Origin: an uncultured Acidobacteriota bacterium
Lineage (GTDB): Bacteria > Acidobacteriota > UBA6911
DNA length: 64,000 nt
Direction of reading: 5' to 3'
NCBI GenBank assembly: GCA_963809485.1
Contig: CAWEJX010000020.1
Coordinates: 576,001 to 640,000, forward strand
The position numbers and the translations under genes are program-made. How positions within the stretch are numbered: the first letter of the stretch is position 1; every line of letters starts with the position of its first letter. Below, one piece after another: positions 18,708-27,849 of this stretch. The notes under the pieces are model-generated. The model was given only the letters and a program-made list of their open reading frames with translations. It did not search any database and was not told the origin of the DNA.

Positions 18708-20080
18708 CTCCCCTCAGCGGCAGCATTCGGGCCCTCGGTCTTGCGCTTCAGGATCAGGCTCAGAAGCGGTGGCGTGATCAGTGTCGTCACGATAACCATG
18801 ATGACCAGCGCCGAAAAAACGGCGTCATCCACAACCTTCAGATTCTTGCCAATGGCGGCAAAGATCAGCCCGACTTCTCCGCGCGGGATCATTCCTACGC
18901 CTATCGCGGTCCGGTTCAGGTTTTTCTCCAGCACTCCCAGGCCGCAAATCTGTTTTCCCGCGATCGCCGCAACGGTCAATGCTGCAGCCAGCCCAAGGAT
19001 GGGAATGTTGGCGAAGGATTCGAGCCGGACCTGAATTCCCATCAACACAAAGAAAACCGGCACCAGGAATGTGGAAACCGGCCGGATGAGCTGTTCCAGC
19101 TGAACCTCGCCCTGAAATCCCCGAAAATGGACCGTTTCTAGCAGCAGTCCAGCCGCAAATGCCCCGACAATCGGCGCCAGGCCGACGGCATCTGCAAGAT
19201 AAGCCAGGGCAAACGCGAAAACGAGGGCAGAGATAAGCATGACGCCGCTTGTCCGCAGCCTCGCGGCCTGTTTCATCATACGCGGGACAAGGAATGAACC
19301 CGCGGCCAGCGTTCCTCCAAGAAAGAAAAAGGCCACAAAAATCAGGCGGAGAAGCTCCCCCATCGCCAGGGATTTCCCCAGTTCGGCGGCAGACACAATT
19401 CCGGAGACAATGGCCAGGATCATCAGTCCAAGGACATCGTCGATAACGGCGGCGCCCAGGATGATTTGCGCCTCTTTCGTCTGCAGCATTTTCAGGTCCT
19501 TGAATACCCGCGCGGTTATTCCCACACTCGTGGCGCACAGAACCGCCCCGACAAACAGATGGACATAATGGGTGCTGAAAGCTGGAGGCGCGATCGAGGT
19601 GAGTCCGGCCGGAAGCTGCCGGATAAAAATCCAGCTCGCCCCGAACCCAAGAATGAAAGGAGCGATCACCCCCAGCAACGCGACAAGCAAAGATGAGGCG
19701 CCAACATTCATCATACCTTTGACGGTGGATTCAAGCCCGACCTCGAAAAGCAGAATGATGACGCCGAGGCGGGCAAGGCTGTCTATGGCAATCGGCCAAT
19801 ATCCCTGAACGGGAGTCATGCGCAGGGGCTCGAAGAGCGCCCAGCCGGGATTGACCAGAACCAGGTTTCCCAGAACAATCCCCCCTATCAATTCCCCCAG
19901 GACCGAAGGCAGTCCCAGCCGTTCAAATAATTCCCCTCCCAACTTGGCTGCGACCAGGATGGCGATCAGGACCAGAAGAGCGGTTGATATCGGGTCGTTA
20001 TGGCCCGATCCTTCTGCGGCGAATGCGGCATTGCCCGCAAAAAGGAAAGAGCCCAAGGTGAATAGCCGGCCTTTTTTCAT
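18704..20080 (-). CDS. Cation:proton antiporter (CPA2/NapA-like)
   Basis: Multi-TM; 'VLGELIGG', 'ATSVGIT', 'GAAVIDDV', 'GMIPRGEV'. Confidence 0.9.
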   Translation of the reverse strand: MKKGRLFTLGSFLFAGNAAFAAEGSGHNDPISTALLVLIAILVAAKLGGELFERLGLPSVLGELIGGIVLGNLVLVNPGWALFEPLRMTPVQGYWPIAIDSLARLGVIILLFEVGLESTVKGMMNVGASSLLVALLGVIAPFILGFGASWIFIRQLPAGLTSIAPPAFSTHYVHLFVGAVLCATSVGITARVFKDLKMLQTKEAQIILGAAVIDDVLGLMILAIVSGIVSAAELGKSLAMGELLRLIFVAFFFLGGTLAAGSFLVPRMMKQAARLRTSGVMLISALVFAFALAYLADAVGLAPIVGAFAAGLLLETVHFRGFQGEVQLEQLIRPVSTFLVPVFFVLMGIQVRLESFANIPILGLAAALTVAAIAGKQICGLGVLEKNLNRTAIGVGMIPRGEVGLIFAAIGKNLKVVDDAVFSALVIMVIVTTLITPPLLSLILKRKTEGPNAAAEGS

Positions 20081-20286
20081 GACTTCAAAATATCTATCGG
20101 ACACGAAATTTTCCACCATAATCGGCATCCGCGAGACAAAAAGCGATCCGGCTCCGCTTCATCCAATAATTGTCATCGCTCAACGGCGCATCTGTCGGCG
20201 CACCTCCGTATCACCAGATTCTGAATTTCAATAAATCGAGTATTCAAGAGAGAGCTGTCCACTCTGCCGGCGCCGGCCGAATGCTA

Positions 20287-20315
20287 TTGACACAATGTCG
20301 GTGTTGGTTATTAAT
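20287..20315 (+). promoter_or_regulatory. Putative sigma70 promoter of the regulator-tupABC operon
   Basis: TTGACA-N16/17-TATTAA(T) about 50 bp upstream of ATG 20365. Confidence 0.55.
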
Positions 20316-20364
20316 TGTCGCAATTAGTGATATTTATTATTTTTGGAAGGGAGCCCTTGATCCT

Positions 20365-21270
20365 ATGGCTAAAGAGATGTTGACCACGAAAGAAGTCGCC
20401 GAGTATCTCAGCATCAATGAAAAGCAGGTTTACAGGCTCATCAAGGATAAAAAAATCCCGGCCACGCGTATTACGGGCAAATGGCTTTTCCCTAAAAACC
20501 TGATCGACGAATGGGTTATGAACAGCGCCCGGGAAAGCGTTTCTCTCGCCCCGAAAAGAAGCTCGATGGAAAATCAAATTGTCATTGCGGGAAGCAACGA
20601 TATCGCGCTCGAGCTTCTTACCAAGAACACAACCATTCAGTATCCGCGCTGCACCATTTCAATCTCCAATATCGGCAGCCTCGCCGGGCTGATTGCCCTC
20701 CAGAACGGGAATTGCCATATTGCGGCATCCCACCTCCTGGACAAGGAGACCGGCGAATACAACGGACCTTTTATTAAAAAGCATTTTCCTGAGATGAAAG
20801 TAGTGATCCTGACGCTGGCGCACAGGGAGCAGGGGCTGATTGTAAGGAAGGGCAATCCTTCAAATATCAGGTCGCTGAAGGATCTGGCCAACGAGAACCT
20901 GACCTTTGTGAACAGACAGGAGGGATCCGGAACGCGAGTGCTCCTGGATTACGGGCTCAAGGAAATCGGGATTGAACCGGCGGAAATTCCCGGATACGGC
21001 AGGATCGCCTACGCACACATGGAGGTGGCTCTGGAGGTATTCAGCGGACATGCGGATGTCGGGATCGGGATCCTTGCAGCCGCCAGGATGCTGGGCCTGG
21101 ATTTTGTGCCCCTGGCAACGGAGCGTTTTGACCTGATCATACCCTCGGAAAGCTATCAGACGGGCGCCGTCAAGGCCCTGCGCGGAGTCCTGTGCTCGGA
21201 AGCGTTCAAAACTCATATGGTGGAGATGGGCGGATACGATACGCGGGACACCGGAAAGATTGCGGAATAG
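20365..21270 (+). CDS. Excisionase-HTH + molybdate/tungstate-binding PBP transcription regulator (TaoR-like)
   Basis: 'MLTTKEVAEYLSINEKQVYRLI..IPATRITGKWLF' HTH_17; 'GSND', 'GSLAGL', 'NRQEGSGTR' PBP-like domain. Confidence 0.85.
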   Translation: MAKEMLTTKEVAEYLSINEKQVYRLIKDKKIPATRITGKWLFPKNLIDEWVMNSARESVSLAPKRSSMENQIVIAGSNDIALELLTKNTTIQYPRCTISISNIGSLAGLIALQNGNCHIAASHLLDKETGEYNGPFIKKHFPEMKVVILTLAHREQGLIVRKGNPSNIRSLKDLANENLTFVNRQEGSGTRVLLDYGLKEIGIEPAEIPGYGRIAYAHMEVALEVFSGHADVGIGILAAARMLGLDFVPLATERFDLIIPSESYQTGAVKALRGVLCSEAFKTHMVEMGGYDTRDTGKIAE

Positions 21271-21295
21271 GAACCTAATTCATGGAGAATCCCAC

Positions 21296-22093
21296 GTGAA
21301 ATATATCCCCTTGCTTTTGATGATGCTGCTGGCGCCGGCTGCGGCCCAGGAGCGGCTGCGCCTGGCGACCACAACCTCCGTGCAGGATTCGGGACTTATG
21401 CCGTTTTTGTTGAAGGATTTTGAGAGGCTGTGCGCCTGCAAGGTGGACGTTATTGCGGTCGGTAGCGGGCAGGCCCTGAAGCTGGCTTCCAACGGCGATG
21501 TCGACACGGTTCTCGTCCACGATCCGCCCGCCGAACAAAATTTTATACGCGGGGGCTTTGGAATCAACCGGCAAACCTTCATGGTCAACGATTTCGTCAT
21601 TCTGGGACCCGCATCGGATCCCGCGCGCGTCCTCGGCATGAAGGACGCATCTGTGGCACTTTCAAAGATTGCCAATACAGGCTCTGTCTTCGTCTCGAGA
21701 GGTGACGCTTCGGGCACGCACAAGAAAGAACTGGAACTCTGGGAAAAGGCCCGCGTCAAGCCGTCGGGATCCTGGTACCTGGAGGTGGGACAGGGCATGG
21801 GCGCCGTGTTGACCATGGCTGAAGAGAAAAACGGGTACACGATTGCCGATCGGGCCACCTATCTGAGCCGCATCCGGCAATTGAAGCTCAAGGTGCTCGT
21901 GGAGGGAGACCCGGTTCTGACCAACCATTATTCGGCGATCCAGGTCAATCCTGCGCGCTTTCCATCCGCCAAGTCGGCCCTTTCAAGGCGCTTCATCGGC
22001 TGGCTCTGTTCCCCCGAGGGGCAGAGGCTTATCGGCAGCTATACGGTGAACGGGCATAGATTGTTCAAGCCTGCATACGCCGGCGGGAAGTGA
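21296..22093 (+). CDS. tupA: Tungstate ABC transporter substrate-binding protein
   Basis: 'LRLATTTSVQDSGL', 'AVGSGQAL', 'FVSRGDASGTH'. Confidence 0.9.
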   Translation: MKYIPLLLMMLLAPAAAQERLRLATTTSVQDSGLMPFLLKDFERLCACKVDVIAVGSGQALKLASNGDVDTVLVHDPPAEQNFIRGGFGINRQTFMVNDFVILGPASDPARVLGMKDASVALSKIANTGSVFVSRGDASGTHKKELELWEKARVKPSGSWYLEVGQGMGAVLTMAEEKNGYTIADRATYLSRIRQLKLKVLVEGDPVLTNHYSAIQVNPARFPSAKSALSRRFIGWLCSPEGQRLIGSYTVNGHRLFKPAYAGGK

Positions 22094-22097
22094 CTGC

Positions 22098-22790
22098 TTG
22101 AGCGACCTGGAAAAAGCATTGGCGGAGGCCATCCGCCTGATTTTGTCGGCGGATAAGGATGTCACCACAATTGTTTTGGCATCGCTGCGCTTTGCGCTGA
22201 CCAGCACTCTGCTGGCTTCCCTCCTTGGTATCCCCGCCGGGATTGCGCTCGCCAATGCCCACTTCCGTTTCAAGCGGCTGCTTGAGGATATTCTGAATAC
22301 CCTTTTGGCCATGCCCACGGTCGTGGTAGGGCTTTTTGTCTACGCTCTGATTTTCAGCCAGGGTCCTCTCGGCCGATTGCAGCTTTTGTTCACTCCTGCG
22401 GCCATCATCCTTGGCCAGACAGTGCTGATTCTTCCGCTGGTGACTTCGCTGGCATGCGGCGCAGTCTCAGTCGTGAATCCTGTTGTGCGCGAGACGGCAT
22501 TCACACTCGGGGCGGGCAGGTTGAGAACCGTCCGGACCGTCGCCTCGGAAGCTCGGGCGGCGCTCCTGATTGCTTGCATAACCGCGTTCGGCCGCGTCGT
22601 CGGGGAGGTCGGGATATCCCTTCTGCTGGGCGGGAATATTCTGGGATATACGCGCACCATTACTACTGCCATCTCCCTGCAAACGAGCAAAGGTGAATTC
22701 GCGCTCGGACTGGCCCTCGGCATAATCCTCTTGTGTGCCGCTTTCGTCATAAGCGTTACGGTGCGCCGGCTTGGGAGAAGGTCGTTATGA
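22098..22790 (+). CDS. tupB: Tungstate ABC transporter permease
   Basis: 'PTVVVGL', 'GPLG', 'FGRVVGEVG', 'GGNI..YTRTITTAI'. Confidence 0.9.
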   Translation: MSDLEKALAEAIRLILSADKDVTTIVLASLRFALTSTLLASLLGIPAGIALANAHFRFKRLLEDILNTLLAMPTVVVGLFVYALIFSQGPLGRLQLLFTPAAIILGQTVLILPLVTSLACGAVSVVNPVVRETAFTLGAGRLRTVRTVASEARAALLIACITAFGRVVGEVGISLLLGGNILGYTRTITTAISLQTSKGEFALGLALGIILLCAAFVISVTVRRLGRRSL

Positions 22791-23467
22791 GCGGCGCTCC
22801 GGCATACAGCATTCGGTCTCTGAAGCACGCATATGACGGCCAGGCCGTCCTGGACATACCATTTCTCGAAATCCCTTCCGGCCGCATCGTCGCCTTCACG
22901 GGTCCCAATGGCTGCGGGAAAACCACCCTGCTCTCCATCCTGGCGCTGTTGACGGCACCGCGCGAAGGAAGCGTGCTGCTGCTCGGAACCGATACTGCGC
23001 ACGGAAATGATTTGCAGCTGCGGCGCCGGGTCACCCTGGTTCACCAGAAGCCCGTCCTCTTTTCCACATCGGTCCGGAAAAACATCGCTTACGGATTGCA
23101 GGCGCGGGGATATCCAGCACAGGAGATCAGGCAGCGCGTGCAGGCCATCATGGAAGAAATGAACCTGTCGGCGGTCGCCGAAAAGCATGCACGCAGGATA
23201 TCCGGCGGCGAAGCGCAGCGCGCCGTGCTGGCGCGAGCTCTGGTTCTGGAAACCCCGATTGTCCTCCTGGACGAACCCACGAATTCACTGGACGACGCAT
23301 CCAGGCCGCTGCTTACGCAGTTGCTCCGCAAAGCCAAACGGGAGCGATGCGCCACGATAGTCATCGCAACACACGACTTGGGCTTCGTGTCTTCAGTTGC
23401 GGATCAGGTTTTTCGAATGGACCATGGGGGGCTGCGGAGCAGCCACGAATCCCCTGAATCGGCGTGA
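22787..23467 (+). CDS. tupC: Tungstate ABC transporter ATP-binding protein
   Basis: Walker A GPNGCGKT, ISGGE signature, LLDEPT. Confidence 0.88.
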   Translation: MSGAPAYSIRSLKHAYDGQAVLDIPFLEIPSGRIVAFTGPNGCGKTTLLSILALLTAPREGSVLLLGTDTAHGNDLQLRRRVTLVHQKPVLFSTSVRKNIAYGLQARGYPAQEIRQRVQAIMEEMNLSAVAEKHARRISGGEAQRAVLARALVLETPIVLLDEPTNSLDDASRPLLTQLLRKAKRERCATIVIATHDLGFVSSVADQVFRMDHGGLRSSHESPESA

Positions 23468-23485
23468 TTCGTGGCTGCTTTTGCG

Positions 23486-25204
23486 TTAGGAATTGTGAAC
23501 GCTGTCCAAATCTTCTTCCGGGACATCAAAAACAAATCCCGGGGGCCCGAACTTTTCCTCGGTGAAGAATTTCGGCAGGCGGTCATCTTTTTCGGTCAAT
23601 CCTGCGGCTTTGTTAAACTCTCTCTCCATCCGCAAAACAGATTCGCCGAGGTCGAGAACATAATTTTCACCCGGTTCTTCGCCTGTGAGGGCGGAGACGC
23701 AGCCGATCACATTGCGGTCCATGTGCAATGTCTTTTCTTCCATGACCGGCATGGCGAGCATCATGCAAAATCCCAGACTATCCATGGCAGCCATCCAGCG
23801 CTGCATGAACCGTGATTCCGGCGCCTGACCCGTAGGGGCGACTGGAACGTATTCGGGATGGTGCGGACCGGGCAAAACGATGCCGCTCGTATGGTCGGCG
23901 CCCATGGGCGAAGTCGCAAACGTCACGCCGGTTCCTTTCAGGATCCTGGGATCGTATCCGGACATCGCCTGGCCCTTGACGTGAGGAATCCGTTTAACAC
24001 CCAGTTTCTCGCCGGTGAATTTGACCCCGTTGCCGATCATACGGCCGTTTTCCGTTCCCCTGGCGATCTCCTTCACAAGGTTCAAGGCTGCGTCAGCGTC
24101 TCCCCAGGGAATCAGGCCCCCTTCCATCGAGACAGCCAGCGCGGCCCCGATGTCCATCGTATCCACTCCGGCGTCATTGCATACACGGTTGATCCTGGCG
24201 ATAGCATCCAGGTCCCCGATGAGGCAGTTCGAGCCGATCAAAGCGATCGTTTCGTACTCAATGCTGGCAACGATAAACTCGCCCTTTTCATCCGTGTAGA
24301 TATTGGAGCAGCTGAGGATGCAACCGTTCATGCAGTTGTGCGTGGTTGCCGCATTGGGCCTCTTCTTGAGCATCTCCTCCATGTGCTCGCCGCAGATATT
24401 TTCCGCTTGGTCGAACTGTCCCATGGAGAAGTTTTTGGTCGGAAGGGCGCCGGCGGTTTGTGTGATCATGACGATCTGAGGCGTCCCCAGATTTCTCAAT
24501 CCCAGCGAGAAAGCATTCGAAAGAACGCCTTTGGTTATAGCAGAGACGTTTTCCTTGAATTTTTGCGGATCCTTGACTTCCACAAGATTGGATCCCGTAT
24601 CGTCCACGACCACGGACTTGAGGTTCTTGGAGCCCATCACCGCGCCAAGTCCGCCCCTTGCAGCGACCCTGATGTGAAAGTCCGGCGTTGTAAAGATGAT
24701 GCTCGCCGCCGTAAGCATCATGTCGCCGGCCGGCCCGATGCATGCAAGGCAGCTCTTGTCTCCGTGCTCCGCTTTCAGTTTTTCCACAATCTCGTAACAC
24801 CCAAGCCCGGCAAGCGGAGCCGCCGAGGCAAAATACACACCCAATTGGTCAATCTTGATCGATGTCGGCTCTTTTGCCTTACCTTCAAAAATCACGGCCT
24901 TGATTCCCAGTCGGGCCAGTTTCTGGCTCATGGCTCCGCCGGTGTTGGCCTCCTTGATTCCCTTTGTCAAAGGGCTTTTGGCGCCGACAGAAAGCCTGCC
25001 GCTGCAGGGCGCAGTGGTTCCCCCCAGTATGCCCGGCGCAAACACGAGCTTGTTTTCGGGGCCAAGGGGATCACACTTGGGGGGGACTTCCTTTTCGATG
25101 ATGCAGTCCGTTAAGCCTCTGCCGCCGAATTTTCGAAAATCCTGCGAGGCATCTTCGGTCCTGGCGGTCAAAGATGACATATCGATTCTTAGAATTTTAG
25201 CCAT
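23486..25204 (-). CDS. aor: Tungsten-dependent aldehyde:ferredoxin oxidoreductase
   Basis: 'KSPLTKGIKEAN.GG', 'ARGGLGAVMGSKNLK', 'CMNGCILSC', 'EYET', 'DTMD', 'YDPR', 'GADH'. Confidence 0.92.
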   Translation of the reverse strand: MAKILRIDMSSLTARTEDASQDFRKFGGRGLTDCIIEKEVPPKCDPLGPENKLVFAPGILGGTTAPCSGRLSVGAKSPLTKGIKEANTGGAMSQKLARLGIKAVIFEGKAKEPTSIKIDQLGVYFASAAPLAGLGCYEIVEKLKAEHGDKSCLACIGPAGDMMLTAASIIFTTPDFHIRVAARGGLGAVMGSKNLKSVVVDDTGSNLVEVKDPQKFKENVSAITKGVLSNAFSLGLRNLGTPQIVMITQTAGALPTKNFSMGQFDQAENICGEHMEEMLKKRPNAATTHNCMNGCILSCSNIYTDEKGEFIVASIEYETIALIGSNCLIGDLDAIARINRVCNDAGVDTMDIGAALAVSMEGGLIPWGDADAALNLVKEIARGTENGRMIGNGVKFTGEKLGVKRIPHVKGQAMSGYDPRILKGTGVTFATSPMGADHTSGIVLPGPHHPEYVPVAPTGQAPESRFMQRWMAAMDSLGFCMMLAMPVMEEKTLHMDRNVIGCVSALTGEEPGENYVLDLGESVLRMEREFNKAAGLTEKDDRLPKFFTEEKFGPPGFVFDVPEEDLDSVHNS

Positions 25205-25417
25205 TGGTAGTTCCTCACACTGAGTGTCGCTGACAAACATTCTCCTGCAGATACATGTGCTTGCATCTAAATCGTTATGCCGCGCCTTTGCTATATATTG
25301 GCACGGCTCCGATCTCTATCCACTATAGTCAGATCCGCTCGCTTTTGCCAGAGAAACATTAGGCTGAAATGGCGTAATTCACCCATTATTAATGACTTTC
25401 CGATGGCAAGTATCGCC

Positions 25418-25447
25418 TTGACGCTTCCGATGCGCACGCGGGATAAT
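25418..25447 (+). promoter_or_regulatory. Putative sigma70 promoter for the HD-domain gene (near-leaderless mRNA)
   Basis: TTGACG-N18-GATAAT, 9 nt before ATG 25457; no RBS visible. Confidence 0.45.
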
Positions 25448-25456
25448 GCCCTGCTT

Positions 25457-26350
25457 ATGGCGATGAGGAAATTTGATTTTGCCGCCGTGATCGAGTCCCG
25501 GTTCCCTGGTCTGCTGGAAGAGGTCCGGAAGGTCATCCAGGAATCGGAAAGGGCCTACGAGGGGAGCGATTCAGGCCAGGAGAGTTTTCTCTGGGAACAC
25601 ACCCTGCAGGTTGCTTCCTTCGCCTGCCGCCTGGCAGAAGACCAGAATACGGATCCCCTAATCCCTATGGTCGCTGCCCTGTTCCATGATGCCGGGAAAT
25701 TTTCGGGAGGCACCTACCACAGCGATGATACGATCGAGGAGGAGGAATCCGCCCGGATAGCGGAGCGGCTCCTGGGCCGGTTCGGCATGAATGCCGCAAG
25801 TATCCGCAAAGTTCTTGCGGGATTGAGGGCCTTGTATAATGAAAAATCCAGGAGAAATTCTGTCGCCGCCATTCTTCACGACGCCGACTTCCTTTCAAAA
25901 TTCGGGGCCCTGGGGATTGCGGGTTTTTTTACCAAATCCGCGCTGCGCGGCCGGCCGCTGCGTTCCGCAGTTCTGGGATATCTCAGCAAGGAATTGACTT
26001 ACGCGGCCTGCCTTCCCCTGAATATGCACACCGCCGCGGGGCGGAAACTGGCGTTGAAGAAATCGGCGGATTCGCTGAGGTTTTTTCGTTCGCTGCTTGC
26101 GGAACTGCGCAACACCCGGATGGCCGATCTCAGCATCCGGCGCATGAGGATACCTAATCCTTCATCGGCAAACCGGTTCATAGAAATTCATTTTGTGGCT
26201 TCATCCGTCTGCACGGAATGCGGCGGAAAATGGGAGATGGCCTGGGCTACGGAGAAGGGTCTCAAATGCCAGAAACTCAATATCGACTGGGCATGCATGC
26301 ACTGCGGCGAGAAGATCGAGACATCCTTCTGCCTGCCGGAAATCAAATAG
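25457..26350 (+). CDS. HD-domain phosphohydrolase with C-terminal Cys-rich (Zn-ribbon-like) domain
   Basis: 'WEHTLQV...ALFHDAGK...ILHDADFL' and C-terminal CTEC...C...CMHC...FC. Confidence 0.8.
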   Translation: MAMRKFDFAAVIESRFPGLLEEVRKVIQESERAYEGSDSGQESFLWEHTLQVASFACRLAEDQNTDPLIPMVAALFHDAGKFSGGTYHSDDTIEEEESARIAERLLGRFGMNAASIRKVLAGLRALYNEKSRRNSVAAILHDADFLSKFGALGIAGFFTKSALRGRPLRSAVLGYLSKELTYAACLPLNMHTAAGRKLALKKSADSLRFFRSLLAELRNTRMADLSIRRMRIPNPSSANRFIEIHFVASSVCTECGGKWEMAWATEKGLKCQKLNIDWACMHCGEKIETSFCLPEIK

Positions 26351-26358
26351 CAAAATTT

Positions 26359-26564
26359 CGAATGACGAATGACGAATGACGAATTTCGAATTGGAACAAA
26401 CACTTGAGATAATGGCAGATGAAGGACCATGGGCGGATTAGGGATTCGCCGATGTGTTCGTAGGATAGCTGCTTGACCATACGGACCTAATCATGAGATG
26501 GCATCAAAGGAACGATTAAAACGGTGTCCAGATCAGCAATTCGTCATTCGTCATTCGTCATTCG
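26359..26564. repeat. Perfect 27-bp inverted repeat made of (CGAATGA)n heptamers flanking a 152-bp spacer
   Basis: 26359-26385 cgaatgacgaatgacgaatgacgaatt vs 26538-26564 aattcgtcattcgtcattcgtcattcg. Confidence 0.85.
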
Positions 26565-26586
26565 TACTTCGAGAAGGGGTGGCTCC

Positions 26587-27822
26587 TTGGCGGAATTTCT
26601 TCACGTGATCACGGCCGATCAGTTTATAGAGTTGCTGGGCCGTTTTGGCCGGCTCTCACCCGAAAGAGTGCCGCTGGACGCATCGCTTGGCCGGATCCTG
26701 TCCGAGGATGTCCTCGCCTGTGAAGATCTGCCCGAAGGGGCTCGTTCCACCGTGGATGGTTACGCCGTGCGGGCTGAAGACACATTCGGGGCTTCCGACG
26801 CGATCCCGGCGTTTTTGGAGGTGGCGGCTGCGGTCCGGATGGGGACTCTGCCGGATTTTGCCATTCATCCCGGCCAGGCGGCCCAGATCCCGACAGGCGG
26901 ATTCCTGCCCGAAGGGACCGATGCCGTTGTTATGGTGGAATATACCAACCCGGCAGGCCCTCAGAGCATCGAGGTGACTCGTCCTGTAACGGTCAGAACG
27001 AATGTGCTGGGAAAGGGCGAGGATGCCAAATCAGGGCAAACCCTGCTTTCCGCCGGCAAGAAGATGCGCCCTCAGGAAATCGGCTTTCTCGCAGCCATAG
27101 GAATCACGAATCTTGCAGTGTACCGGCGGCCGCGCATTGCGGTGATTTCCTCGGGTGACGAGGTGATCCCCATAGATCACAGACCGCATCCGGGCCAGAT
27201 ACGTGATGCCAATGGTCATGCAATTTCCGCGCTGGCGCGAGCAGCCGGCGCCGAGCCGGTGCTGTTTGACATTGTTCCGGATAACGCGGCCATGCTCCGC
27301 GATACCCTTGAAAAAGGCCTGAAGCAGGCAGATGCCGTAGCCATTTCAGGCGGCAGCTCCGTCGGGACAAGGGATCTGATGGTGGAAGTCGTTTCCTCTT
27401 TGCCCGACGTCGAGATTCTAGCGCATGGCGTGGCCATACGCCCCGGGAAACCGACGCTGCTTGCCGAACAGAAGGGCAAGGCGATCTTTGGCCTGCCCGG
27501 GCACCCGGTTTCGGCCCTGGTTGTCGCCCAGGCATTCTTTGAGCCCTTCCTGCAATACCTGCAGGGTGGCGAGCTGGGCAAGGGCCCGCTGGGGCATCGG
27601 GTTCAGGCAGTGTTGGCCACCTCCATCCATTCCACCATAGGGCTGGAGGAGTTTGTCCGCGTCCGCCTGGAAGAACAGGCGGATGGCATGTTCGCGGCGC
27701 ATCCGGTTTTCGGTAAATCCGGCATGCTTTCCACGATGGTCAAAGCGAATGGCATAATCCTGATTCCCATGAACGTCGAGGGCTTTTCCAGGGGGGAAAT
27801 TGTTCAAGCTGTTCTGCTATAG
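26587..27822 (+). CDS. moeA: Molybdopterin molybdo(tungsto)transferase
   Basis: 'RSTVDGYAVRA', 'IPTGG.LPEGTDAVVMVE', 'SSGDE', 'SGGSSVG..D', 'IRPGKP', 'LPGHP'. Confidence 0.92.
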   Translation: MAEFLHVITADQFIELLGRFGRLSPERVPLDASLGRILSEDVLACEDLPEGARSTVDGYAVRAEDTFGASDAIPAFLEVAAAVRMGTLPDFAIHPGQAAQIPTGGFLPEGTDAVVMVEYTNPAGPQSIEVTRPVTVRTNVLGKGEDAKSGQTLLSAGKKMRPQEIGFLAAIGITNLAVYRRPRIAVISSGDEVIPIDHRPHPGQIRDANGHAISALARAAGAEPVLFDIVPDNAAMLRDTLEKGLKQADAVAISGGSSVGTRDLMVEVVSSLPDVEILAHGVAIRPGKPTLLAEQKGKAIFGLPGHPVSALVVAQAFFEPFLQYLQGGELGKGPLGHRVQAVLATSIHSTIGLEEFVRVRLEEQADGMFAAHPVFGKSGMLSTMVKANGIILIPMNVEGFSRGEIVQAVLL

Positions 27823-27849
27823 TTATTCATTCAAGCAGCCTGATGTTGA

